The position numbers and the translations under genes are program-made. Shown here piece after piece: positions 1 to 15,141 of a stretch of 64,000 bases of DNA (the first letter of the stretch is position 1; each line of letters begins with the position of its first letter). Origin of the DNA: Chrysomallon squamiferum (lineage: Eukaryota; Animalia; Mollusca); contig CM022665.1 in the NCBI GenBank assembly GCA_012295275.1, forward strand, positions 6,324,001-6,388,000, given 5' to 3'. The notes under the pieces were generated by a model, which had not been told where the DNA came from, made no database searches, and saw only the letters and a list, made by a program, of their open reading frames with translations.

Positions 1-561
1 CGGCAAGCAAAGCCTCATTATTCTAATAACATTACAGAATATATGCAGAGTGATTCGTTCAGCTCTTTCTTGTGGTCTTCTAGGACATACAGTGTTGAAT
101 CCTTGAATATGACTCAGACAGTACTGCAAGTAATAAGCAAACTGATCGTCTGCCACCTAAGCACGTGCGGCAACCTAAGAAGCTCCATTACATGGACTAT
201 GTCATCACTTACACTTCGATACTACAGAGTAAGGTTAATGAGAAACTCTGTCGTTTTAAGGCACCTGATGGATCTGTTTACTACTGCATTTTTGGACAAC
301 AATTGTCTTTTCTTGAAATCAATGAACACTGACATTTTTAACAGTTGTTAAGCATTGTGACCTTCATCTAACCTGAATAGAAACTGTCAGAACTGATTAT
401 TAGTCAAACTGAAACACCGAATATTATCTTCTCCGTCTCATTAGCTGTAGAATCATCACATCCTTGAGATCATTGTATTATTTAAATCCAGTTCAGCTTC
501 GTGTATATTTTTATAACTTCAACTTATATTTATTTCTGTTGTTCATTCGTTCGTTCATTTA

Positions 562-595
<34 letters not shown>

Positions 596-1144
596 TATTT
601 TTATTTATTTATTTAAATTTATTACATACATTTTTATTTATTTATTTATTTGTTTATTTGTTTTGGGTTTGTTTTTTGTTTTTGTTTTTTGTTGTTGGTT
701 TCGGGGGGGCATTTTTTTTTTTTTTTTTTAATTATCTTCAAATAGTTAATAAAAATGAAAAATTGCAGGTTATTTTAGATAATATTATCATATTACTGTT
801 CCAGTTTTATTTATTTATGTTTGTTTTCAGTCTTTGTTGTTGTTTTTTTGTTTGTTTTTTTTTACAATCAAATATATTTTGTTTTACTAATAAAACACAA
901 ATGTCTCAAATAGTTTTTATGTCTTTGTCTTATTATTTTTAGTAGTATTTGTTTTATCAAGAAATATATTTTTTTAATAATAATAAAAAAAAAGGAGTAA
1001 ATCTCATTAAATGAGCCATTAGACAGAGTGACTCTTTTTCTGTCATAATATGACAGCAAAAGAAAAAAAAAAAAAGCTAGCTGACTGAAGGAAATGTCAA
1101 ATAGAGTGATGGCATGTGGAAATTAATACCATAATCTTCAGAAT

Positions 1145-1321
1145 ATTCCCATGGCAACTAATGGATTTTTGTTGTTTTAACTGTTTCATGTGGAAACGAA
1201 TGTAAAATCAGTGACATACAGTTAAATCGGCTAGTTATTTCGAGCAAGCGACGAAATGCTGACAGTAACTAAGTAGAAACAGACTACATACCGGCAAAGG
1301 TACGCTAGTAACCAAGGAAAC
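1145..1321. promoter_or_regulatory. Two RFX X-box-like motifs (candidate promoter or enhancer)
   Basis: ATTCCCATGGCAAC at 1145-1158 (reverse complement GTTGCCATGGGAAT) and GTAACCAAGGAAAC at 1308-1321 resemble the RFX consensus GTTGCCATGGCAAC. No target gene was identified. Confidence 0.4.
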
Positions 1322-2490
1322 GTATCACAAATTTCTAGAATGTTTTTAATTAGATGATAACCTCGATCGTACGTCCAAGTGAAATGAAATAATTACTATA
1401 ATATAATGTTCGTGTTTTGTTTCAGTTTATAGTTAGGTGGTACGTAAGACACGTATTTCTTATAATAATCTTTTTCTGACCATTAATACACTCATTCGTT
1501 GTGCTAAAAATATCTTCATCCAATCCCTTTCACTAAAACAATTCGAATTTTTCGTCGTAGTTTACTATTTGCGATTTAAAACGGAGAAGCGACTGTTTCG
1601 TTCTTTTGGACAATCAGCTTATGCAAGCAGAATAAAACAGTTACACACAATAAAAGCTAAATGAAAACACTGCACGTCATACTACTTGATTTACTGCAAA
1701 ATTTCGGAATGCCTCTTGAGATTAATTAGCTCGTACATCGACATGTCGAAGTACAAAGTGGCACATTGTTTATAAAAATATTAAAGAAAAAAAAAATGAA
1801 AATGCAGGAAAAATCGTACTATTTTTATATACAAAGCTAATACAAACAAAAGGAAATCTGAGTACGGAAATGACTTCGGGTAATGTACGAACAAGGCATT
1901 AAACTTTAAATTTGTCGGAAGTACCAATTAATGTAACGTTGAGAAACGTTAATCTGAGTGCAGAGATGCATGGCTTTATACTCAGATGCGTCTGAATGTT
2001 GTAAAAAAACACAAAAAGACAACAAGAAAGCAGCAGCCGCGTCATCTGAGATAAAGAGATAACATCTGAGAGGAAAAAATTCCCATCAGATTTCATCAAC
2101 CGCAGAAATAACCCATGAGTACATAATATTTTATACGTAAGCAGACGTTTGAAAGTTTTTTAACTGACGAGGATGCAGAACCACCGAACAAGATTAGAGC
2201 TGTTTCTCCAGTCCATCAAAAAAATGAAAATCTACTAAAATGGTTTCATCATCAAAATCGCTTTCAAAGTAACATATTGTTCAGTTGTTTTGCTTTATGA
2301 TTCTCACGAATCAGTGGAATGACTAATGTGTTTGAATAACTCACTGAAATGAAATCAGTGTAAGCCATACAAATAACAATCAACAGCTTCATCGTGACGC
2401 ACTCAACATTAATTCTCAAAGTAAGACAATAAATGCAGGTAACAAATCCGTCCTTTATCCATAAAATCGACGTCACAAGTTAGAAGAGTA

Positions 2491-2527
<37 letters not shown>

Positions 2528-5242
2528 TGAGGTTAATATATAATAATTATTAGAAAACGTTAATTGCGAAAAACAAATAAAACAACTACTTGTAAAAATA
2601 ATAAATGTACTTAGGGGTTTTGTTTGTATGATCCAAGATAAACACTTTAAAACAAAGGAAAGATAAAACTGGCTCTATTTAGGATACTGTCAGAAGTAGC
2701 AAAAATCAGTTACAATTTATTTCTGCCTATCTGTCTGTCTGTATGTATGTATGTATGTATGTCTATGTGTGTGTGTGTGTACAGTGAAAGATATAGAGAC
2801 AGAGACATGCATTTGCGTTTTCGCTAATCTATTATACACATAATCACACATTCACGTACATGAGTAAATAATCATTCATACAAAATAATGAGAAAAGGAA
2901 ACAAGTAATGATAAAATATTTTATAAGATTATTAGTCCAGCCTCTAACGTGTTCTTTCTGGATGTGAAATCTCTTTTCTAGACTGTAAAAGGTTAATCGT
3001 GTAACCATGGTGTCTTCTTGTTCCTCGCCATTATTAATGGCAACCGCTGGGAATATTCGTACAATTAGAAAAAAAAAAAATATGGTGCGACTCAAAAGCA
3101 AATCACGTTTGATACAGACAAATAACTCGCAAAGTACTTGTCTTCCGGCATTTTCGTCCAGACTAAACAAACAGAGCAACTGGACAAATTAAAAATTTAT
3201 ATTACTAGATATTGCGATCATCAAAACATTCAAGTAATGAAAAAAGTTCTGAAGAGTTCCAGTCAAAAACATGTGGTAAAATTTTAATAAGAAAATAAAT
3301 GTTGTGACATTATGGGTACTTCTGCACTGTTCCAGACATCCTGCTTTTTCTTGAATTTTTTCATTTCTTTAATTTTACCCTAAAATTGCAGAAAGCTATT
3401 TTTGTAAATGGCTTCTTTTCAATTCGGCGTGTTTTGTTTTACTTTTCATGCTGAAAGTTTTGTTCCGTAGGGGTGATCCTATCACAGTCAGTTATTACTT
3501 GTTTCAGTTTACTCTAAGTTTCATTTATTGTCATGTCTAAAAGTCTAGCAGAAACGCACACCGCTAGTGAAAAGCGTATTCTGTATAAGTATTATTTTAA
3601 GAGTTTTAAGTGATTAATAAAGATCAAACAGATCCTGTCTTGCTTTGGAGACGTATTAAATTGTATCTGTTAAATAAATACATTGTCATTCTTTATTTCA
3701 TATTCTAAATAAGGATTTATTTAGCCTGTATCCGAAGAATCCAGATCTCCTTCGGCCCCAAGCGTGTCGGATAAATTGTCAGGTACAGTCACAAGTCATT
3801 AGGCAGATTATATTACTGACATACATGTTTAACAGACAATGTTAGTTTTCTGTAACAAATAAAAGACATTTAGGGAAGTTCACATAAAAGAAAAAAGGTA
3901 TTTAGCCATTTTTGCTTTCTCACTCTGGAAATAAAGTTGAAAACCAGTGTTTTCTGACTGGATTAACTAAACTTATTTTAAACGTGACGTGAACGCCGTA
4001 TTAGCTGATCTGAAGGCTACTTGACATTCGACTTTCTGTATTTGCCAAATGGAAAGAGGTGCAATTTATTCATATTTCTGTAATAATGAAACCTAAAATT
4101 AGCTGTCGGTCCATCAGAATAAATAAACGTAACAGGACGAATTGCTCACCACTTTTGATAATTATACAAATAATGGCGACGGGAAATGTCATAGAAGACA
4201 GAGAGATCTGAGACACACAGAGTTTGAACTGAAGATAACATTTATATCAGTACAGAAAGTATTTACAGGATAATTTCAAACGATCCAATAAATACTGTGA
4301 CCTTTGTAAGTAGAATAAACAGACATAGAAACGTGGACTGTCACACACGTACCTGTAGCAGTGAAAAAACTGAAAAGAAATGTAGATACTGTACGTTTAT
4401 GAAAATGGTATCAATAAATCAATAAATAAATAAACTTTACTGAATATCTTTAAAAATGCAACTCAGTTTGTCTAAAAATGAAACTGGAGTAACTTCCATT
4501 TCTTAATTAACTGTAAGTTAATGTTTAGACACATGACTGTTTTTCAAAAACTGCAGTATGAAACGTGTCAGGCTTCTGTTTACAAGTCTGGCATCTACAA
4601 AACAAGAGAAGTAATGAAGACTGATACAGCATGAAAGACGAACTGATGGCAATATTCTCCTTTTGTTCAGGTATCTCGTACCGGTAGACAAGAAAGCACG
4701 TCCTTTCTACGAGAGCCTCGTCTTGTTACCGGTGTTTCTGATAGATCTGCCTATTCTGTTTCAGCAGTTATTCCGGTTATGCTACTTATCGAATATTTTG
4801 TTTTCAGTTGTTCTGATTACAATTAAAAAAAAACACTAGCTTAACCGGTACTTTTAAGACTGCCTCAGGATGGACGTATTTTCGAAAACTGTTATAAAAC
4901 CGATTGTCCTGTCTACTCTTGTTTGTTGAATGAAGATGGGGGCGACTGGACGCATGCTGGCAATTCTTTGTTAAGTGTGAAGCTTGGCTACTTGTGTTTG
5001 TTACGCAGGTTGTTAAGAAGACTTATTATATCATAATATATTTGTCAACTGCTTAACGAAGACAGAAAGTGCCCGAGGATAACGAACTAGTTTTTTTGTT
5101 TGTTTTTTTCTGAAATGAAGAACACAATACCGACAGAAATCGTGAAAACAAAAAATATATGCGATCTAGAAATGGATATATTCTTCATAGAGCATTATGA
5201 AACTATTTTTATTTTACTGATTTCACTAGAGGATATTGCTCT

Positions 5243-5279
<37 letters not shown>

Positions 5280-6755
5280 CTACAGAACACATTTACTGTA
5301 AACATATCCCAATGAGCCGATTATTATTTTTTTTTCTTTCTTACAGTGAAACTCATTTCATTCTCAAAGTTATATCTATCACAATAATGGGTTCCACCAT
5401 TTTCCAGAATCTCTCACTGTTTACAAAAATCTTAATCTGATTTGCTGAAGGTTAGAAACGTGGCGTGTCTGTAGAAAATGAATCATGCGTATTCTCTAAA
5501 GAACAGCGATGTTTGTTTGAATCTGTAAAGAAATTATTTAAATTCATTTTTTTTTTTCTTTTCTTTAATATAATAGCACTAGAAGATTTCCCCATCTAAT
5601 TTTGTAAGACAGGTGTATCACATTTCGAGACATTTTCATACGTTGTTGTAATACAACGTTTATTTTGCGCTTAATATTTTACTCGTTGTTCATGATGACG
5701 ATGAAATGACTAACAGCAATGTGCGACGGAAGATATCGAATAATTATTCCCCCCCAAAAAAAGTAAGAAAAGACATGTTCTAGTCATTTTCTTTTCCTCG
5801 GGCATTTGTTTCTTGAAATTAAGCTGAACATCATCTGAATAATTATTTCTGCCTGCGGTCAGCAGACAGACCTGATGGACATCAGTGACGTGTCATTTTG
5901 AAAAACAGCACCACAGCACGATTCCAATAAGCTTTGTTCCAAGAGTCATATGATGAATTACGTCAGGCGGTTTCCGTATGAAGAATGTCCACAAGATTCA
6001 GAAAAACAGTTGGTTTTTTTTTTTTTTTTTTTATCAGATTAGAAAACTGTGGGAAGATCTGTAAACGAAATTAATTGTTAGATACATATTAAAAACAGGC
6101 CTGTGACAAGATCTTAGAGATAAGACTGGCTAAAATAAAACATTGATTTTAACGGTAAACGTTACTTGTGTGCTATATATTACTTAAATGATATGTTTTA
6201 AAACAGTTAAAAAGAGAAACATCTAATTGTACAAATATCATCTTCTAAAACCTTTATAACATTATTTTATTCTGCATGGTATACTTACTGGATTAGAAGC
6301 CAACATGCATAGCTACGTATAATTATGCGTGTGTGTACCTCTAATTATAACACTAGTTATCAAAGACTTTATGTGCCGGTCTATGGAAAAGTGAAGAAAA
6401 ATCTTATATATGGTTACTAGTAACATTTACTATTTTGGATACGATAAACATACATTCACTCATTAATGTATGTCAAATTTTCTTACATAATAAGACAGAC
6501 ATTTAATAACTGGATATATCTTTTGTAGACACTGAAACTGTAGTTGTTTTTTCACTTAGTTGACATAATCATTAGAAGAGGACAAAAACAAATTTAATTT
6601 ATATTCAAGTTAATGTGTTATATACATGCTGGAAGCAACGTTAATGATTGTATTACTGTAATAATTACGTCAAAATATTTTGTCTCCTGTAAGCGAGGAA
6701 TTATTTTCACACTGACATAGATTCACAAATCAGTGAATTTAATTCCACTGAGATA

Positions 6756-6885
<130 letters not shown>

Positions 6886-7335
6886 GCACGTAACTGGAAC
6901 AAAAAATATTATTTCATGAAAACAAATACCAAAAAAAAAATAAACAGTTTTCTTAAGGACATATTTATATTTAAACAAACAGAAATGCGATCACGCACGC
7001 ACGCACGCACACATATACATTTTAACACGTTGTAACCAAAAAGTGTGTCTCAGCACCAAATATGTGAGTTAATACTTACACTGCGTAATTATTTATACCG
7101 TTCTTACGTCTATACTAAATCATGCTTTTATTTAGATTAACTTGGCTGTGACAAAACTGAAATGTCGTCTTAAATTAAATTTATGTTTGCGAATAATCTT
7201 TCTTATTAAACACTTTTGATTTAAGAAATGTGTCAGTACACTCACACTCACAGATAGAGAGAGAGAGATGGAGAAAGAAAGATAGATGGAAAGAAACAGA
7301 CATATATATATGTATACAGTGACAGAAAGAGGTAG

Positions 7336-7339
<4 letters not shown>

Positions 7340-7425
<86 letters not shown>
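7340..7425. repeat. (GA)n microsatellite
   Basis: Directly visible run. Confidence 0.97.
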
Positions 7426-7429
<4 letters not shown>

Positions 7430-8642
7430 TTGAAATCATCTTTGCTAAACCATATCTTATCATTAGTTACTTTTAATTAAATAAATATATTTTTACAGTA
7501 CTTTTTTGTCTTGATGTCAGACTTAGAAAAATATACTGTAAAGAACATTTGTATCTTGTACAAAAAGACTAAAGGAGTTTCTAACGTAATGTGAAAGGTA
7601 GCGTGTCAAGTTTAACAGAAACCTCTCTGGGGTGTAACAACCAGTGGACAATCCTATTACGCTAAGATTGCCTGTGAACAAACAGCACTTAATGGTTAAC
7701 TTTTAACTACATGCTTTCCACTGGAAACAAATCAACATATTTAACTTAAAGTGGGCGAAAGTTTCACAGCAGATTAAAAAGACAGCACGGTTATTATTAA
7801 TTCGGTGTTCCCAAGTTTTCTGCTTTAAAAAGTAATATCCAGCAATACCACCATCCCGCTAGGCAAAGAGAAAAACAAATTAAGTCTTTTACTCCCACAG
7901 ACTGCTGATCTCGTTACGATCAAAATCAGACTGTTGAATGAATTTAAAAAGATTTCCAGGGGGACACAGATATTTAACCTTTGGGTGGCTAATTTCACCG
8001 GATCGCTTGAAAAAGGAGTTGCAAGTTTGAAATTACACATTCAGTTTCATAATGAAGTAGCAAATTTTTGTGTTAATTGGCTGCATATTGGAGAACGAAT
8101 GAATGGATATCAAGATCTTTCTTAATTACGGATAAGTGAACCAGTTTAAAGATGAATGGCTGCAATATGGATAACCGATGAGGAATTGACACTAATCCTC
8201 CGCGATTCTTAAAACAGCACCACGAGATCATTGTTCTGGCAGGAACAATAAATAAAAACTGTAGTAATTATTCGCTGTTACGTTCACTGGAGATCACAGA
8301 TTACTAGCGGTTTATGGGGCTTAAGAATCCAATAAAGATGTGGCCAGCTTGTATCCCTTGTGTGTCAGTGCCATTCATCACCACACAGGACGCGTTTAAC
8401 AACAGTATTGACAATCCAAACGGTTCAGCCTGTGTTGCGTCAAATTTGCGTTCCTATCCAAGAGTTTTCTATTCTCTGTTTGTCTTTTCTTTGAACTATT
8501 TTGGGGTTGTTTTTTTTTTTTTTCTCAGGGTTCTTACTTTTTTGTCACTGATTTATTTTCTTGCTATATTCATGTGATGGTGGTGCAGTCTGAAATTTAA
8601 AAATGGTTATTCTTTTTTTGATTGATTTTTCTTTTCTTTCTT

Positions 8643-8686
<44 letters not shown>

Positions 8687-8764
8687 CTTTAATTAAATTT
8701 AACGTTTGCTCGCAATTCACGTTAAGGAATTTTAATCTCCAAAGACTTTAATTTTATCAAATAA

Positions 8765-8820
<56 letters not shown>

Positions 8821-8836
8821 CGACGACGATGATGAT
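8765..8836. repeat. (AAT)n microsatellite with (GAC/GAT)n tail
   Basis: Directly visible trinucleotide run. Confidence 0.95.
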
Positions 8837-9733
8837 AATTTACAAAATATTTTATTTTGCGCCAGAGAAAATATATCTGTATCTTCATATTTGTATTTTA
8901 AATATCATTACTGATGAATCAACACACACGTCATAACGACATCACAGTAATATGTTTTGACATGTTATTTCAATACATCGAAATCACAACGACCACTTCT
9001 TTCTGACAAAATTAAAATTCCCTGTGGACTCTACACATAAGGTTAATACTAAAAGCGTAAAATGGAGACAGAAATATGCCATTCAGAATAGTTCTCCTGC
9101 CAGACAAGCATATTAGTGGGATTTTTTTATTTTATTTTTTTTCAAAATTCCATTAAAATATATTTGTTGGGATGAGTTGAGATGAACTGAATTCCAGATG
9201 AAATGACAGTGCATTAACGTTTAACCAGTCTATTCTCCCGTCTGTGGTTGGTCGTGTCAAGAATAGCACTTGGGTCTGAAATCTAGCGGAAAAAAAAGAA
9301 GTTTCAATTATGGTAAAACCCGACTGGTGTAACCATACTGATCCAATAATTGTGTAAAGTATTAGCATATTCATTTGTAGCGGCTATGATCTGAAATACG
9401 CACTGGTGGCTTGTTAAAATGAACTAGTGATGACATTGTCTAAAACCAAAGTCGTCGACAAGGAAGACAAATGAATTTCGCTTAATTGGATATATATTAC
9501 AGTGCACTATTCGATTGTGTATTAAAAATAATGATGTGTCAGGAAGAAGAAGTAAAAAATACAAATATCACAAATTGGTTTAGTGTAGCTTAATAAAGAC
9601 AAGCTTAGTAGAGGAAAATAATAAAGAAATTAAATTAAAGAATGAAAGAACAATGAGAAAAAGTCCATTAATTTCTATCTGCTTCTAAACAATTACTATT
9701 GCATCGTTATTAAAAAAAATTGTTATTATATCA

Positions 9734-9734
9734 G

Positions 9735-9820
<86 letters not shown>
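9734..9820. repeat. Compound microsatellite (TA)n(GA)n
   Basis: Directly visible runs. Confidence 0.95.
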
Positions 9821-9823
<3 letters not shown>

Positions 9824-12800
9824 CATCCGGCAATCACTACCAATAACGGCAAGATATGAACACTAACCAAACTACACATCTTTTTATTACTTCGACAAAT
9901 TACTTGTTTTATATAAAGTTAATTCTTTAGTGTTTAATTGCTAATGTCAAAAGTAAAAATAAACTATTATGTTTTTATGTATAGTGTTTGCAGGCGACAA
10001 CGAAATCTATTACTCTCGGGAGCAGTAAGTTGAGATACAAATCATTCAATTTCATTTAGTCTTTGTATTATTTTGGAATTGCAGGATGAAACCTATAACT
10101 GGTTACTGTCTTAAGATATCAGCTTTATCCTGCTCAGGTCGATTGCTGAATGCATCTCGGCAGAGCCTCACTGCAGTTTGACGTTCAAACCTTCGCACAT
10201 TAAAGTTGGTATATTAAGGCAGTACTGAGTTATTCCATATTTGTGTGTGCGTGCAGAGAGAGAGATCAAATCATTACTTATCAGTGGGAAATTTCCAGTT
10301 CCATCATGTGCCAACACTTCTTTATTAAAGCCATTATGTGTGCTTTTTTGTGTGTGTGTGTGTGGGAAAGATATCTCGATGCTGTCACTTCATCATTATA
10401 CTACTGAACGTACGATTGAAACTAGTAATCGTAAATATTAAAACTTATTGAAGTTTTTTCCTTTTCTTTCATTTAAAAAAAAAAAATCTTTTTTAAAAAT
10501 AAAAAAAATAATAATAATAATAATTTTGTACTTGTTGTTGTTGTTTTTTAAATTATTAATTCTGCGATCTCACAGACCAAAAATAGTTCGTGAAGATTCA
10601 TATTTGAATATATTACATCGGTTATCAGATTGTAAATATGCTAACTTCTCAGGTTTCCATTATTACCTGCATATGTATATTACAAATATACATATATATT
10701 TTGGGCATGTGTTTTTGTGTGTAACCTTTGTTCATGTACAAACTTATATGTTCATAAAACAACATAATATTAAGATATATTTATATAAATAATTATAATT
10801 TACAAAATCCATTGAAATAATAAGCAATTCTGCGGCCAATCTTCATTACCATTTAATGCCTGACTTCGATTCTTAATTTATGGTCTCCGTGACAGGAACT
10901 ATGTTTAGTTGCTGGAATTACCATGTAATTATTCCAAAAATAAATCTGAAATGGAGAATCATCAATTTTATCATGAGAAATTACCGTATAATTTTGTTTT
11001 GATATTGTTTACCAATATTCTATAGCATGTTATATACATTTTAATTTTTACCCTGCTCAAATATTAGGCAAGATTATACGGCATAATGTATTAATCCAGT
11101 GACATGTCGTATCGAACTATATAGTTACTATTATTTTGATAAGATCGTTTTATTTTTACATTTTATGTTAAAATGCCGACCTACACACTTCATTTCATTT
11201 CTTTCTTTCTTCGCATTTTTGTCTTTATTTAATTGAACTTAATTTTATTTAATTTTTATAATATATTTTATTTAGTGTTATTTTATTATAATTGTTTGTA
11301 ATATCTCTGTATGTATGTATCTGTACGATATTATTATTCTAAAAAGATTTATGAAAAAACTTTTTATTATAACAAAATATTTATTTGTTATATATATTTT
11401 TGTTACTGATACATTGTTTATGTAATCATCATACGCAGTCCAAACAGACACAAAATGGCATTTGTTACAAAACATTTCTCACGAAACTGCTTAAAACATC
11501 TAACTTCCTCCTTCCCAACCTCAGTTATCGCACCAACATTTTCTTAGTCTTTTCCGTCACTGTATAGCATATATTAAATTCAAAATGTTACTTATTTAAT
11601 TTTCCTTTTTACATATTTTTAGTTACTCTTTTAACTTTTTTCTTCTTCCTAACTTTTCTGTATTGACCTATTTTATTTAATTTTCTTTTTCTTTTTTTTT
11701 TTTTTTTTTTTTTCCCCTCACACAACGGGCCAAAAAGGAAAAGAAAGATTTTGTAAGCCGAAGGCACTGTATCTAATATTTACCAAACGTGAACACGTTC
11801 TTTGTTCAAGATTCTGTTTGGCTTGTAAAGCGAACTCGTTATATATTAATCAATATTTGAAGATTAGGCACATGTGCACGAACGTGCATAATCGATAGTT
11901 TTCTAGCTAGTGATTTATTTTTGTTTGTTTCAGTACAAATTAATTTTTATATAAATAATTATCATATTTATACTTCCAACTACTTTTCAAATGAAAAGGA
12001 AGCGCTAAGAAAACATCTCCGTGACAACAACAGTAGCAACAACAACAACTATAATAATAATAATAATAATAATAATAACATAAATACCTCAAATATAAAT
12101 TAGGTATTTAATTACCAAAAAAAAAAAAAAAAAATTCTTGGTATGAGTAACCATTTGAAACCGACTGACCATTAAAAAAAAAAACACGTAGTGACGTATA
12201 TTTTTTTTTATTTTGACTTTTTCCACATCGGCGCCTGGAATGAGCCGTTTGTCATCATATGCTAATTTCAAAGGATAAATACTAATATAACAAACAAACA
12301 AACAAATAAATATATAAAAACAAAAACTGACCCCACCCTCAAACATGATAAGACAAATCTGGAGCAACCAGTATGTAAATCTATTGAAAATGTTTTAAAA
12401 ATCAAAAATAATTATAGCAGAACAATATTGGTGAATAAATAGTTTATTTCTGTACTCTTTAAAATACTCATTTGAAAGTTGCATTTAATAAGAAAATTAA
12501 CACTTCCAACTTTAGTTCCATTTTCTTAAAATTATTTGAAATAATAGTATTAAAAATAATATCTGATATAAATACTAATATAGTAGACTGTTTCACAGTA
12601 TGAGGCAATAAATATCTTATAACCTTTTTAGCTGTGATATGATTAGCAGCCATTGCAATTCAAATTGTCATAAAAGCAGATGTAAAATAATAAGTTCTTT
12701 CCACACGTTTATTTAACAACATCAAAAATTAATTTTTAATATGTTTTTACAGCATCGTAAACAACATGTGTATATATATATATGTCAAAATCACAAACAA

Positions 12801-12910
12801 AAAATTTAAGATAGGTATGGTGAGTGCACAAATAAAACTTGTCTTCTCCCAGCAATGTATAAATTAAAATGAAAAAATAAAAATGTGTTTTTAACTGAAG
12901 AATGATAAAT

Positions 12911-14706
12911 TTAAATAAAGAATTCTGCAAGTCGAGGGTCCTGCCGAAGTTTTTTATCCAACATCATGTACTTTTCAGGTGCACTTTCTTTGTGTCTGAA
13001 ATAAATAGAATACACAGGTATTAGATATCTTGACATCTGAATTTTGTACTGAATAATTAAAAGGAAATATGAACAGTGGCCTGAAAAAATGCTCAAACAT
13101 ATACACTCTGATTTTGAATAAAAGTGATACAAATTATTTTAATTAAAACGAATATATAAATATAGATAGACAGATAAATAGACCAAGATTACAGAAAACA
13201 GACAGACAGATATAAAAAAAGAGATAGACATATCAAATAAAATTTAATGTTATTATTTTCAGATCATCTTGAAGAATATTTTATCTTCTCTAATATATAT
13301 ATATATATATATATTTTTTTAAATATCTATCAAAACCATAAATGAAACCTGCTTTATTTGTCCAGCTCTTGCGTCCATAACTGAAATTTCCCTCCTAATA
13401 ATCATTATGGATAGTTAAATAATTGCAGACTACTGCTAACTAATTCACCAAAACATATTTGTCATATCTTGTCAGTTTAATAAAAGGAACACTTCATGTT
13501 ATTTAAGATGTGTGTGCTGCCAACCTGTTAAGCCTTTGTTCAAGAATGTGAATTCTGAACATGGCCTCACTGCAGTAGTTGAGATACTCCTCTTCATCAT
13601 CTTTCTGCATGGACACCTGGTTCTGCTGGTACCAAGCCTGCTTCTTCTGCAATTCTTGAGTTTCCTATATTATAGAGTTAACAAAAAAAAATGTAATTGT
13701 TATATAAACAAAATGAAACACATTCAACACTACTTACTATTTAAAAGAAAGGAAAGAAGAAATTAATTCAATGTATTTTTAATTTATGGTTATACGGTTC
13801 AGGATATAAAGATCATAGTGATAATGAGAGAGGAAACCTGCTTCTATTATTTAATGATTATTTTGTTTGATGGTCAATGGGTTTTTTTTGTATGCATTTT
13901 TCATAGTTAGATAAGCATTTAGTATGACATGTGACAAACCAACATTTATCTTAGTGGGAAATAATCCAACTAACATTCCACTGATCTAAAGACAACACTC
14001 AGTAACTTTAAAACAATAAATATCTGTCCATCTAATATATATTATAACATGGATAATTATGATAACAACAACAATATAATAATAATTAACAAAAAAATAA
14101 TAATAATAATAATAATTAATTAATTAACTAACAGAATGATAGCCCCTTACAAAGTAATACATGTAAACCTTCAAGAAAAACACTCTCATATTACCCAAAT
14201 AAACAGTGACAGGAGTTAAAATAATGTCAATTTTTCTGTATTATGGTTACACTGTCAATACAAATGACTTCTAGTGGCAAATGACTTTGGACTTCAGTTT
14301 CTATACCTTTTCAAAACGAGCTTGAATAAGGTTTGCTTTGTCAATAAGTCGTTGTTTGAGATCAGCTAAGCAATCTTCTTTGAGTTTGAATGCCTGGTTG
14401 CGAGTTATTTTCTCTGGATCGCCAATCTGAGCCAAGAATGGAGCCAGGTAATCAATTTCCATTTCTTGTTTCCGCATTTTTTCTTCTTCCTTTAGACGCT
14501 CCTGTAAATTCAATGACACAACACCCATGTCGTTATCAAAACAAGAAACTTTTCTGACACGAAAAAACAATGCAAATTTAATTACATTAGACCTTTCATG
14601 TGAAATAAATACATACAGGTTCTTGCTTTTTTTTCCATATCATTTTTTTTCTTCTCTATGTCATAGCTTCCAGAAAAGTGTTTATAATTCTCATGATTTT
14701 TATTTT

Positions 14707-14737
<31 letters not shown>

Positions 14738-14792
14738 TTTTTTTTTTTTTTTTTTAAATTTTTAAATGTTTTTTTTATTATTTTTTTTTTTT

Positions 14793-14859
<67 letters not shown>

Positions 14860-15053
14860 AAATGTTAATGTTACAGGTTTTAATATTTCAAACATCTAAA
14901 AATGTGTATTATACAAACTTGTCAAACTATTTATCCAAGGAAGAACAAAACAAATTAGTTCAAAAATATATTTAAAAAATAATAACGAAAAAAAAAAAAA
15001 ATTAAGTTAGTAAATAAATGAATGAATAAATAAATAAAAATAATAAAAATATT

Positions 15054-15141
<88 letters not shown>

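Noticed and set aside
1-351. ORF 43-351 and an overlapping open frame 99-332 (…LPPKHVRQPKKLHYMDYV…)
   Set aside because: No recognisable domain and no splice acceptor compatible with the more protein-like frame. It could be a decayed retroelement tail or the end of an upstream gene, but the window alone cannot support either.
8076-8182. Imperfect direct repeat of about 28 bp (TGGCTGCA..TGGA.AAC..ATGA)
   Set aside because: Only two degenerate copies, with no array or hairpin context; not CRISPR-like.
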